DNA of 64,000 nucleotides from Octopus bimaculoides (GCF_001194135.2 NC_068982.1:58710029-58774028); one strand, 5' to 3'. Counted from the first letter of the stretch, positions 26,965 to 40,009 are shown. The notes: generated by a model from the letters alone, not told the origin. Numbers and translations: made by a program.

Positions 26965-27117
26965 TTCTTTCAGTGTCCGTCTACCAAATCCACTCACAAG
27001 GCTTTGGTCGGCCCTAGGTTATAGTAGAAGACATTTGCTCAAGGCGCCACGCAGTGGGACTGAACCCGGAACCATGTGGTTTGTAAGCAAGCTACTTACC
27101 ACAGCCACTCCTGCGCC
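26965..27117 (-). mobile_element. Family A SINE 5' half
   Basis: TTTCTTTCAGTGTCCGTCTACCAAATCCACTCACAAGG...CACAGCCACTCCTGCGCC. Confidence 0.87.
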
Positions 27118-27624
27118 TCTGTGTGTGTTGGGGGGGGGTTCTTTGTTTTTAATGCTTTCAGTTCTTCTAATGAAGACTTCAAATCTCTGAACACTTCTCC
27201 GTCAGAAGCCCCATCGCAGAAAATTGCATAACGGTATCGATGAATCCTTTCTACTATAGGTGGTATAATTGATTTACATCAACCCCAGTGCCCATCTTCA
27301 TCAGCCTTGCAAGGATGGCACATATCGAACTTGAGAAATGCTACCTGCTTTTACCGTTCGGTTTACAGTGATATACACTCATACCTCGGCAGTACGGACT
27401 AAAAGTGGGGAACATCAGTTCAACGAAGCCGATTTTCCGTAGGTACCGACACTAAGGTTATGTTACGTTAACAGTGGTTAATATCAACAATTACATTACG
27501 AAAGACAGAGAAATAAATACAGTACTGTACTTTCGATCAATCTGACAGTGTAAAATACCTGTACATTGTAAATATACACTATAATACAGTAAATTCAACA
27601 TTTTAAATTTAAAATCAGACTTAC

Positions 27625-27714
27625 CATGGACGGTGAAGAGGTGGTGTTGATATGCCGTGTTCTTGTCCGCTGCTTCCGAAATCCGTAGTACCGAGGAATG
27701 AGTGTGCTTCTGAA
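27625..27714 (-). other. Candidate exon of an unidentified host gene
   Basis: Unique, relatively GC-rich 90-nt segment, open in all three minus frames, ending in a consensus donor ATG|GTAAGT at 27625/27624. Possible acceptors TACAG (exon start 27714) or TTCAG (start 27709), but the pyrimidine tract is weak. No protein recognised. Confidence 0.3.
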
Positions 27715-28048
27715 CTGTATTAGCTTAGCACGTTATATGCATGAAAATATTAGCCTTTCTATAGATATTTAAGCATTTAGAAACACATCGGAATATACCA
27801 ATAGTATATTTAACGGTGTATCTTTTTATCTTTAACTTGTTTCAATATGTGGCCATACTGGGGCACCGCCTGGAAGAGCTTTCTGTCGAACGAATCGATA
27901 CCCACTACTTATTTTTATTATAAGCGTTTTAAGTATTCGATCGGTGTCTTTTGCCGAACCTCTAATATTACGGGGTTGTAAAGTGGTGATGTAACACACA
28001 CACACACGTACGTACGTACGTACGCTCGCACGCACAACCATACCAATA

Positions 28049-28263
28049 CGGGGAAGGGGGTGCTGAAAAGTTCCTGGCTTTTGGTAAAGGAAGGAAGATC
28101 AGTTAATTATGATTTTATTCAACTTATTCCCTTCTCAGATTCGCACACTTATTGCAGCGGTCCTTCAGTTTTTATAAACTCTGTAAAAGAACTCGTAATG
28201 TTGGGTCTCCGACCGGGCCTTTCACGACACCCGTAAAGGCGGGAACTTTTTAGCACCTCCTCG
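28049..28263 (-). mobile_element. Internally deleted mariner derivative (MITE)
   Basis: TIRs GGGGGTGCTGAAAAGTTCC / GGAACTTTTTAGCACCTCC. The internal minus strand retains KLKDRCNKCANLRRE*VE*, like a mariner C-terminus (KLxxRWxKCxxxxGxYVE*). Confidence 0.7.
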
Positions 28264-28616
28264 TGTTTATATATATGTATAAAGACGGGTGTCTTTCAGT
28301 TTCCGTCTACCAACTCACAAGGCTTCGGTTGGCCCGAGACTATTGTAAAAGACACTTGCCCAAGGTGCCAAGTTGTGGAACTGAACCCGGAACCATGTAT
28401 GTATACGTAGATTTATTAGAAAAGGAGCGAAGCTGCAGGTCCTTAAACAGTTGTTTCAATGCATTGTCTTCATCTCGCTGGTTTTAGAAGAAATCTCCCC
28501 ATCTGGAAGGCAGCTGGCTCCAATGACAGCACAAAATTTTAAAATCATCTTTTTTTACCGAAACGTCTATATCACAAAAGACAAACACACACACGCGCAC
28601 GCACACACACACACAT

Positions 28617-28651
<35 letters not shown>

Positions 28652-28711
28652 CGCACGCACGCACGCACGCACGCACACTTATATCTCTAAATCTAAATCT
28701 CTATATCTATC

Positions 28712-28883
28712 CACTAGCGTAGCTAAGAAGGAGGGCGTGCAGTAGGGGCCGTCCGACCTGGGCGGCACTTTAAAAGGGTGGCACTTTTGGGTCTGTCGTA
28801 GGTAATATATGATTTTTGTGGGGTCCGTGGGGCAGCAAACGGAAAGTCTGTTACGGGCGGCACACACTTTAGCTACGCTAGTG
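28712..28883. mobile_element. 172-bp hAT-type MITE
   Basis: Perfect 15-bp TIR CACTAGCGTAGCTAA / TTAGCTACGCTAGTG, with 8-bp direct repeat TATCTATC at 28704-28711 and 28884-28891. Confidence 0.75.
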
Positions 28884-29379
28884 TATCTATCTATATATAT
28901 ATATATGTACGTACACACACATTGTGTATTATTACACATGCATTCATCCATACGTATATACGTATGTAGGACTACGATACAGTACCTAGCTTTATTTGTT
29001 ACTACACGCAGCCGCTGGGTTCAAAATCCGTCGATGTCAGTTGTAGCTCTTTCATTTTCCCTGGTTCGTGAAATCAACGCAAAGTATGAAGCGTCGAACC
29101 AGATCAATTCAGGGTTATGTGTTTCATCTAATTTAGCTGCAGACGACCGCGACATTACGTGACCACACAGAATGGCGTTTTGGAGAGCATAGGTTTGCGT
29201 GCATGTGTAACTCGTCGTCTGCCTCAAGATCCAACAGACGTCCTGGAGTGGAAGTTCAGAGAAACTGTGAGCAGAGACACGTGGTCAGCATTGAACGAAA
29301 ACAGCCTGCTGGCATATGTGTGTGTGCGCGCGCATATGCGTGCGTATGTGCGCGCGTGATTGTATGTGTCCTTGAGTAC

Positions 29380-29760
29380 ATACATGCAAACACACACACA
29401 TCCACGCGCGCACATAAAGGTGAGTAGGTATACTTGGATTTGCATATACTTATATGTATATACAGATACATACATACATGTATATGTATGTATATGTATG
29501 TATATACATACATAATATAAATGCATATATGGGTACAGGACGTCACAAAACGTAAACAAAGAGAAATTAGGGTATGCAAACAACGAGAGAAAGAGAAGTA
29601 AAACAAGACGAATAACAAAGAGCCACCCTTCATCAGTTGTCGGTGGTCCATCTACTCCTCATTTCGAGCATTTAACGACACAACCAGCGAGAGAAAGACA
29701 ATGCATTGAATAACCGCTTAAGGACCTGCAGCTTCGCTCCTTTTCTAATAAATCTACGTA
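29380..29760 (-). repeat. Unclassified interspersed repeat 'P' (other copies at 28400-28483, 40330-40620, 40646-40790, 60545-60700, 62400-62555)
   Basis: Shared motifs GTCCTGTACCCATATATG and GTAGATGGA..AG.GACAACTGA(T/C)GAAGGG. Possibly a PLE terminal repeat (inference). Confidence 0.55.
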
Positions 29761-29947
29761 TACATGGTTCCGGGTTCAGTTCCACAACTTAGCACCTTGG
29801 GCAAGTGTCTTTTACAATAGACTCGGGCCAATCGAAGCCTTGTGAGCTGGTTGACGGAAACTGAATGACACCTATCTTTATATATATAACTTTACGAACA
29901 ACTGGGCAAGTACTAAATACAGTGATGTATTTATGCCTATACGAATG

Positions 29948-29981
<34 letters not shown>

Positions 29982-30358
29982 NNNNNNNNNNNNNNNNNNN
30001 NNNNNNNNNNNNNNNNNNNNNNNNNNNNNNNNNNNNNNNNNNNNNNNNNNNNNNNNNNNNNNNNNNNNNNNNNNNNNNNNNNNNNNNNNNNNNNNNNNNN
30101 NNNNNNNNNNNNNNNNNNNNNNNNNNNNNNNNNNNNNNNNNNNNNNNNNNNNNNNNNNNNNNNNNNNNNNNNNNNNNNNNNNNNNNNNNNNNNNNNNNNN
30201 NNNNNNNNNNNNNNNNNNNNNNNNNNNNNNNNNNNNNNNNNNNNNACAGAACCCGGAATTATGTGGTTGGGAAGCAAACTTCTTATCACATAGCCACGCA
30301 TAACATGTATATTGCATGCATATACACAAAAGTACGCACACACAAATCTTCTTCTTCT

Positions 30359-30389
<31 letters not shown>

Positions 30390-30689
30390 CATCATTATCG
30401 TTAAGTAGAATATCCCTACTTTCTATTACGAGTATTAATTTCGCTATAATTGCCTTCTTAAGTGACGTGACGTAATATCTGCTATTCCTTCCTTATATAT
30501 TGATTAGTTTTTGTTTTTTTAAGAATCAATAAATGAACCCACTCCCGCATATGTTTTAAGAGCCATTTTATGGCGAGACTAATTGTTCTAATATATAGAC
30601 GCAATATCCATGTGTGTATTTGTGGGGGTGGAATGCGTGTGTGGAGTTAAAGAGAACATTAACTGCAATAGAAAGAACTGGTTTTCAGT

Positions 30690-31270
30690 ATTGGCAGAAA
30701 GGCAGTGAGCTGGCAGAATCGTTTGCGAGTCGGGCAATATGAGTGGCGGCATTTCTTCCGGTTCTTTTCCGTTTTTGAGATCAAATTCCGCCGACATGAA
30801 CTGTACCTTTTATCTTCTCAAGGTCGATGAAATAAGTACCAGTTGACCATCTTATCCCCAAATTTCAGACCTGGTATTTAATAGTACAAAGGATTATTAT
30901 TGTTATAAGGGTGAGGGCTGACGGAAGAATCGGTAGAGTACCGGACAAAAATCTGAGTCAGCGTTTTGTAACAGTCGTATAAGTTTCGAGTTCAAATCGA
31001 ATGCTGGCGGGATCTAATTTCGCCCTAATATTTCCAGGGATTAGTGGTTTAAATTATTGATTTCAAATTTTTGGAACAAAACCAGCAATTGCAGGGGTAA
31101 GTTGATTATATCGACCCCAATCTTCAACTGATATTTATTTTATCGATCACCGGAAGGATAAAAGGCAAAGTCGACCTCGGCAGAATTTGAACTCAAAACT
31201 AGAAGACAGAAGAAATGCCGCTCAACGTTTTTTCCCGGTGTGCTAATAGTTCTACTAGCTCGCAATCTCC
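30690..31270. mobile_element. Family B SINEs (plus 30690-31000; minus 31060-31270)
   Basis: Family B motifs in both orientations. Confidence 0.75.
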
Positions 31271-31518
31271 GTGGTTTAGATTATTAAAATTTTTGTTTAT
31301 TTCAAAACAACTCTACATTCATACGAAACAGAAATTTTCCCAAATACGTACATTGTAAGAGTAATTACTCTTATAGCGCTTTTCAGCAAGATGCAAAAGT
31401 AAAATTGCAGATTTCAGAGAATGTAGATTTTGATATTACTAAAAATTTGTTTAAGCCGGTGTGCTTCGGTCTTCTTTGACCATTGGAAATTCTTCCAAAT
31501 AACTTTGTTGGTATAATC

Positions 31519-31564
<46 letters not shown>

Positions 31565-31639
31565 GTATAGGNNNNNNNNNNGGCTGGACAGTACAGGTGA
31601 CATTAAGTTGCAAGAATATGCAAGAATATTACAGTCACA

Positions 31640-31995
31640 TGCATGGCTGTGTCGTTAAGAAATTCAGTTTGCAAACACATGATTTCGGGCTCAATCTCAC
31701 AACTCGGCTCTTTGGGGCAAGTGTCTTTTATGGCAATAACTGTCGGGGTCTTGTAACTAAATTTGGTAGACGAAAACTGTGGAAAGGAATAGTGTGTGTG
31801 TGTGTGCGCGTCTTCTCACAGTTTTACAACCGGGGTTGGTTTGTTTACGTCTCTGTAGCTTAGCGGTTCAGCAAAAGAGAGTAATACTAGAGCAAGTATC
31901 CGACTTGTAAAAATAAGCACTGTGATCGATTTGTTTGGCTAGCAATCAGAGCGATGCTCCAGCAAGGTCGCAGTTCAAAGCACCGAAATAAGTAA
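31640..31995 (+). mobile_element. Family A SINE, diverged
   Basis: TGGCTGTGTCGTTAAG...TTTGGGGCAAGTGTCTT...GCTCCAGCAAGGTCGCAG. Confidence 0.7.
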
Positions 31996-32175
31996 CAGAA
32001 TTAAGTTAAAAGAAAGTGTATGCCCCATTATTTCATCATAAGTAGTGTACATGATGGTTGCTCTCTTGGTAAGCAGGCGCTGAAACCGAAAGTTAATATT
32101 TGCCAGATAGCGCTTATAGACCGAGAAACTCGGATTATACACTTGTTGAAAACCCAGTTCTTCGACTGCTATCGT

Positions 32176-32206
<31 letters not shown>

Positions 32207-32256
32207 TACACACACATGTACAAGCATATATCTATATATATCTATCCATATATATG

Positions 32257-32315
<59 letters not shown>

Positions 32316-33203
32316 GCATATATATATGTGTGTGTGTACACATATCTATATATATATACATGCAAACATATATACGCAGACACACACACACACACACATA
32401 TATATACATATGATATATATATNNNNNNNNNNNNNNNNNNNNNNNNNNNNNNNNNNNNNNNNNNNNNNNNNNNNNNNNNNNNNNNNNNNNNNNNNNNNNN
32501 NNNNNNNNNNNNNNNNNNNNNNNNNNNNNNNNNNNNNNNNNNNNNNNNNNNNNNNNNNNNNNNNNNNNNNNNNNNNNNNNNNNNNNNNNNNNNNNNNNNN
32601 NNNNNNNNNNNNNNNNNNNNNNNNNNNNNNNNNNNNNNNNNNNNNNNNNNNNNNNNNNNNNNNNNNNNNNNNNNNNNNNNNNNNNNNNNNNNNNNNNNNN
32701 NNNNNNNNNNNNNNNNNNNNNNNNNNNNNNNNNNNNNNNNNNNNNNNNNNNNNNNNNNNNNNNNNNNNNNNNNNNNNNNNNNNNNNNNNNNNNNNNNNNN
32801 NNNNNNNNNNNNNNNNNNNNNNNNNNNNNNNNNNNNNNNNNNNNNNNNNNNNNNNNNNNNNNNNNNNNNNNNNNNNNNNNNNNNNNNNNNNNNNNNNNNN
32901 NNNNNNNNNNNNNNNNNNNNNNNNNNNNNNNNNNNNNNNNNNNNNNNNNNNNNNNNNNNNNNNNNNNNNNNNNNNNNNNNNNNNNNNNNNNNNNNNNNNN
33001 NNNNNNNNNNNNNNNNNNNNNNNNNNNNNNNNNNNNNNNNNNNNNNNNNNNNNNNNNNNNNNNNNNNNNNNNNNNNNNNNNNNNNNNNNNNNNNNNNNNN
33101 NNNNNNNNNNNNNNNNNNNNNNNNNNNNNNNNNNNNNNNNNNNNNNNNNNNNNNNNNNNNNNNNNNNNNNNNNNNNNNNNNNNNNNNNNNNNNNNNNNNN
33201 NNC

Positions 33204-33235
<32 letters not shown>

Positions 33236-33283
33236 ATATATACACATATACATATAAATATATATATAACATATACATACATG

Positions 33284-33328
<45 letters not shown>

Positions 33329-34099
33329 TATATATATATATCTCAATTTCGTAACTTTGAAGTGACTAGCACCCTACTTTTGTTAAGTTAAATAAACATG
33401 TATACTGCTATAAGTATTTAAAAAGTTTTTACATATTACGTGATATATAAAAAATATATATCTGCCTGTGTGTGTATGTATATACATACGTGTACACACA
33501 GACACATACACACAAACACACACACAGACAAACACACACACACACACACACACACAGGACAGAGGAGAAAAAACTTCTAAACGTAAGAGGGATAAATTAA
33601 ACCAAGCATATGCACACACAAACGCACGCATACACACACANNNNNNNNNNNNNNNNNNNNNNNNNNNNNNNNNNNNNNNNNNNNNNNNNNNNNNNNNNNN
33701 NNNNNNNNNNNNNNNNNNNNNNNNNNNNNNNNNNNNNNNNNNNNNNNNNNNNNNNNNNNNNNNNNNNNNNNNNNNNNNNNNNNNNNNNNNNNNNNNNNNN
33801 NNNNNNNNNNNNNNNNNNNNNNNNNNNNNNNNNNNNNNNNNNNNNNNNNNNNNNNNNNNNNNNNNNNNNNNNNNNNNNNNNNNNNNNNNNNNNNNNNNNN
33901 NNNNNNNNNNNNNNNNNNNNNNNNNNNNNNNNNNNNNNNNNNNNNNNNNNNNNNNNNNNNNNNNNNNNNNNNNNNNNNNNNNNNNNNNNNNNNNNNNNNN
34001 NNNNNNNNNNNNNNNNNNNNNNNNNNNNNNNNNNNNNNNNNNNNNNNNNNNNNNNNNNNNNNNNNNNNNNNNNNNNNNNNNNNNNNNNNNNNNTATATA

Positions 34100-34282
34100 T
34101 ATGGCTATAGTAGAAGATACTTGCCCAATGTGACACGCAGTGGGACCGAACCCAGAACCATGTGGTTAGGAAGCAAGCTTCTTACCCACAGCGCGACACC
34201 TTGGGCAAGTGTCTTCTGCTATAGGTTTTGTTCGACCAAAGCAGTGTGGTTGATTTTATAGGCGGAAACTGAAAGAAGCTGG

Positions 34283-34323
<41 letters not shown>

Positions 34324-34970
34324 CATACATAAAATATTTATTTTAGTTTTGTATGTGTGTCTCTGTGCCTATCTATCTTTGTCTCCCACCACCGCGTGTT
34401 CACGTCCACGTAAATAGCAGTTCAACAAAATGGATCGATGGAATAAGTACCAGGCTTTTAAAACACGTTCTGGGGTCGATTTATTTGACTATAATTGTTC
34501 AAGGCGGTCCTCCAGCATGGCCGCTGTCTAATGACTGAAACAAAAGAAAGATGACACATTTAACTGCGGGCCATGCTGGAGCACCGCCTTTTAGTCGAAC
34601 AATTCGACCTCAGGACTTATTCTTCGTATGCCAAGTACTTATTCTATCGTTTTCTTTTGCAGAACCGCTAAGTTACGGGGACGTAAACACACCAACATCT
34701 GTTGTCAAGCGATGGTCGGAGGACAAACACAGACACGCAAACATATATATATAAACGACGGGCTTTTTCAGTTTCTGTCTACCAAATCCACTCAAAAGGC
34801 TTTGGTCGGCCCGTGGCTATAGTAGAAGACACTTGCCCAATGTGACACGCAGTAGGACTGAACACAGANNNNNNNNNNAGAAGACACTTGCCCAATGTGA
34901 CACGCAGTAGGACTGAACATAGAACCATGTGGTTTAGAAGCAAGCTTCTCACCACACAGCTACATGTGTG
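34100..34970. mobile_element. Cluster of family A SINEs in alternating orientation (-, +, -)
   Basis: 34100-34197 minus, 34195-34550 plus, 34555-34970 minus. Confidence 0.82.
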
Positions 34971-35182
34971 TGTTTGTTTAATAAGTTTTCGTCGTCGTCG
35001 TATAAGTCAACTATAAATTTCTTTTGCTTTTAATATTTTGAAGTAGTTTATTCTACGTCAGCTGCAACACACCTGTCCTATAAAACACACATATATATAC
35101 ACACATGAAAAAATATATACCTACACATAGACGCACGGAATTCTCATTCATATACACATACATGCTCATAAAAATATGCACA

Positions 35183-35228
<46 letters not shown>

Positions 35229-35459
35229 AACCTATATACATATGTTTATGCGCATATGCATACTTCATAAACAACAACGCACACATACGCATATATTTCT
35301 ATCTATGTGCGTATGCATACAAATGTGTAAGTTTATGTATTTGTAGGTATATATATGTGTATATAGAACTCCCTTCTCCACTCTCTCTGTCTATCTGTGT
35401 GTCTGTCTCTCAGACACAAACATACATACATGCACTCACTCGTTTTCACTCATATATTC

Positions 35460-35502
<43 letters not shown>

Positions 35503-36215
35503 AGCTCTAATTTTTCCGTTCTCTCACTTTCGAAAACTCACACACACGCATACACATAAATACACACGGTCACACAAAATACGTACACGCATAGCTACAC
35601 TCGTACACACGTACACTCCCACTCATTCTCCTCCTCACACACACCCTATCTGTCCCTAACTCATACTCCCTATGATAACTATTTTTATCTCCACCTCTTC
35701 TTCCAAACCTTATCCACGGCCACCACCCACTATCACCCAATACACATGTTACACTTTCTTTTTCACTTCTTTTCTTTCTTTCGTCATACCACCAGTTCAT
35801 TTTCTCTCTCTCTCTCCCTCGGTCTTCTTCTGTCTCTGTCTCTCTCTCTGTCTGTCTCTCTCTTTCACTCTCTCCTGCGTCTTCAAAACAGTCTGTCGTC
35901 AACACCTTCTACTCCTCTTCCTCATCCCTTTACTCTTTCTTATCCATCCCCTATGCCTCCTACTACCATACTTGTGACACTCCCCATCCTCTATCACATA
36001 CCAAGAGACAGACAGATAGACATACAGACATTAAGATATAGATAGATAGATAGATAGATAGATAGAGGGAAGGAGGGAGGGAGAAGGTCAAAAACGTCAG
36101 CACAAATAAAAAAAATGAAAAGTAAACAAAACAAAGATAAACAATAAGACTACCCCCTCCTTCCCTGTTACATTAGACAAAGTCATTTAATAGTAGCAGG
36201 CGTAGAGAAGCGTGC

Positions 36216-36252
<37 letters not shown>

Positions 36253-37140
36253 TATGATAAAGTTTTGTGTACATATACATTCACACATATATGCACACAC
36301 ACTCACGCACACACACACTTACACACAACTGTGTTTACAGACACATGTGTTTGTGTATGTGCGCGTGTCATAAGCGCGTACATGCGTAAAACGTTGCAAA
36401 TTATGTGTGTCTATTCAATATTATATGTGCATGCGTGTGTGCTTATGACATGTATGACGATATATATATATACGTATGTATGTGTGTGTGAGTGCGTGTG
36501 TGTGTCTGAGAGGGAGAGAGAGAAAGAGGGAGAGAGAGAAAGAGAGAGAGAGAGTTGTGCGGGTAGGCGGACGTTCACCAAGAGAATTTGAGTAGTGAAG
36601 TAATAATAAACAAGCAAAAAGTGAAGAAAATTTACAAAAAAAAAAAACACTGAAGAGAAATTAAAAACAAACAAAAATATATACACGGAGGTGGACCGAA
36701 TATTTTTAAAAAAGATAAGAAACAAAACATGCAAAAGAAAAAAGTGGACGACAACCGTAGCTGATGACGACGACAGCGACTACGAGCAAGCACGCCCGCC
36801 CGCCACTATATCTATCATCGTCAGCTCAGTCTCTGTGTGTGTGTGTATGTGTGTATGTGTCTATGTGTGTGCGTGCGTGTGTGCAGATATATTCATGTAT
36901 GCAAATATGATAAGAACGAGAGGAGGTGGGTGTGATTACCAATGCCAAAACACTAACCAATCCCAGCATATAGTCAAGTGACTAGTAAAACCGACCAGAC
37001 CTCCACAATGTCCGCCTACTTATAAGCTCGCACGCGTCAGCCGGCATTAATTCCTTTTATTATTATTATTATTATTATTTTACGGTTTGTCTTCTTTTTT
37101 TCCTTTTTCCTGTTTCCTTCGTTTAAATCTAATGACAGAA

Positions 37141-37177
<37 letters not shown>

Positions 37178-37516
37178 TATGTAGAGAGACAAACAGAGAG
37201 AAAATAGTCTCAAGTTAAGTCAACACCAACAACTATAAAGCCAGTCGGTCTATTTTTTTGTTTTTATGTATTCATCATTACTACCAACGTTGTCTCCTTC
37301 TTCTTCGTCGTCGTCGTCGTCGTCATCAGTTGCCTCCCCTCCTTCTACTCTTTTCTTAACGACGCACTTTCCGTTTTACCCGTCGCCAACACCTCCAACT
37401 GTTACTAACACTTACTATAGAATCGTGATAGTAGTGGTGGGTGTTTCATGCGAACATACCCAAGCAGACACACGCGCGCACATACACACACAAACACATA
37501 CACATATATAACATTA

Positions 37517-37594
<78 letters not shown>

Positions 37595-37749
37595 ACATAT
37601 AGCTATATGTGTTATTGTATGTATAAGCTACTTCCATTCAGTACACAACTGTAACTACCACCTTCACACATTGTAACATAGGCACGCGTGCCGATAGATA
37701 CAACAGCTGTCAATCACAGTAGTTTAAGGCCGCCCGTGTGAGTGTGAGG

Positions 37750-38160
37750 GTGAGTGTGTCGTAAAGAGGGAGAGAGAGAGAGAGAAAAGGAAAAAGAAAG
37801 GTAGAAAGAGAGAGAGAGAGAGATGAAGAGAGCTGATAGACAGTTCGACGGAGGGGAGAAGGACTGAAGGAAAATTACAGTTAGAAAGAAAGAGAGAGAG
37901 AGAGAGAAAGTGGCGAAGACAGAGCTTGAGTGACTGAAAGAAGAAAACAAACAAAATCAAAGAGAGAGATAGAAAGGGAGGAGAGGGTGGGAGACAGATA
38001 GACAGAGGGAAAGTTAGAAAGTGTGTGAGAGAGAAAGACAGGGTGAAGGAGAAAGTTGGATCTGTCACAGAGAGAGAGGGGCAGAGTTAAAGAGAGAGGT
38101 GGGAGAAGTCAAGGGGGGACAAGAGGTCTGTGAGAGAGGGTGAAAAGGAAAAGAGGAGGG
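37750..38160 (+). repeat. Polypurine (GA-rich) tract
   Basis: Strong purine skew. Pyrimidine-rich counterparts are at 35690-36000 and 56230-56600. Confidence 0.88.
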
Positions 38161-38600
38161 TCAGGTGACGTGGTAAAGGCGATAAAGGCATAGTGTGTGT
38201 GTGTGTGTGTTTAAATAGAGATAGACTAAGAGAGTATATAGCAGCAGTCAACGACTCAGAGGGAAAGACATACGTACATACATGTATGAGTGTGAGTGTG
38301 TGTGTATTGTCCGACTTGATGTATGCATGTCTATGTGTACAAGTGTACGTGTGTGGCATATGTAGTGCATATGTGTGTGTGTGTGTCAGAAACAGAGTAA
38401 ATAATGAGATAGATAAATAGAGGAAGAAATGCTAAGGGGTGGAAAGTGATCAAAAGGGATGTAAGAGAGAGAGAGAGAGAGAAAGACAAAGAGTGTATAA
38501 GTGTATGTTTGAGAGAGAGAGAGAGAAAGAGAGAGAAAGTCAAACTTGGCAAAGAAAGAAAAGACTAAACAGAGATAGACTTGAGTGGAGGTGGTGGCGT

Positions 38601-38648
<48 letters not shown>

Positions 38649-40009
38649 NNNNNNNNNNNNNNNNNNNNNNNNNNNNNNNNNNNNNNNNNNNNNNNNNNNN
38701 NNNNNNNNNNNNNNNNNNNNNNNNNNNNNNNNNNNNNNNNNNNNNNNNNNNNNNNNNNNNNNNNNNNNNNNNNNNNNNNNNNNNNNNNNNNNNNNNNNNN
38801 NNNNNNNNNNNNNNNNNNNNNNNNNNNNNNNNNNNNNNNNNNNNNNNNNNNNNNNNNNNNNNNNNNNNNNNNNNNNNNNNNNNNNNNNNNNNNNNNNNNN
38901 NNNNNNNNNNNNNNNNNNNNNNNNNNNNNNNNNNNNNNNNNNNNNNNNNNNNNNNNNNNNNNGAGAGAGAGAGAGAGAAAGAGAGAGAAAGTCAAACTTG
39001 GCAAAGAAAGAAAAGACTAAACAGAGATAGACTTGAGTGGAGGTGGTGGCGTCATACATATATATATATATGAGATGCATATACTAACGTACACACAAGT
39101 TCTGAAGACAGGGAGGCGAGGAATAAATGCTGTCCATCTAATATTCCTCCTATAAACGACCGTAACTTCGACTTGCCTACAAAACTTTTTTTTTATTTTT
39201 CATTTTCTTTAAATCACACCTTCTTAACATTGCTAGCTATTAGAGATCTTGACATGCATATGTTACTTCTATGCATGCATGCATGTATGTATGTATGTAT
39301 GTATAGGCATGCGTGTATATGTGAATATACATGCATAGATGCATGTGTGTATATAAATATACATACACGCATATACATATGTATATATATACATATATAT
39401 ATATAAACACTTACATACACACGTACATATATATGTATACTTGTGTGGTGTGTATTGTACGTGTGAAAATGTATGTATGGTAGTAAAAAAAACCCGCCTT
39501 GCAACTACAAGGTCCCGTGTTCGATTCCTTCTGTGTGACAAACTGGTAAAGTGTTTTTAAGATAAGGTCCGGGACTTCACAATCTTTTTGAACAATATGA
39601 GGTTGACTAAACACACACACATATATACACACATAGTCGTATAAATGAACGTGTGAAAATGTATGTATGTAGTCTTTATGTATGGTTTAGTTAGAACTTT
39701 GCCTCGCAACCACGGATTCCCGTGTTCAATTCCACTGCAAGACTGGATAAATAGAAGTTGTCGGCTAGATTATATACTTGTTAATATAAAGGTCTAGCCA
39801 TGTTATAGGTGGTTCTGTCAAAGAATTACATTAAAGGTACACATATCAGTGGAATACTCGGCCATTCCACGTTAATTTAATAAACGGGCAGTTTCAGTTG
39901 ATCACATAACTGAACACCCTTTGCGGAAGTCAATGTGTGTGTGTGTGAATGTTATGTTTGGACGTATGTACGTATTTTATTTTTATTTTTATTTTGATTT
40001 ATTGTTTTG

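Noticed and set aside
29610-29670. CUGAUGA-A-GGG with an upstream GAAA in repeat 'P' (minus)
   Set aside because: No complementary stem I or stem II in this copy, so it is not called a ribozyme.
34820-34920. ~41-bp direct repeat across a 10-N gap
   Set aside because: Most likely a scaffolding overlap artefact.
38511-39070. Identical ~100-bp sequence on both sides of a gap (38536-38610 and 38988-39062)
   Set aside because: Exact identity flanking an N-run between microsatellites is typical of an unmerged contig overlap or allelic length difference.
39485-39740. tRNA-like segments (GTTCGATTCC, GTTCAATTCC)
   Set aside because: No closed cloverleaf or acceptor stem. They are degenerate SINE heads, as are the other A/B-box hits in the window.
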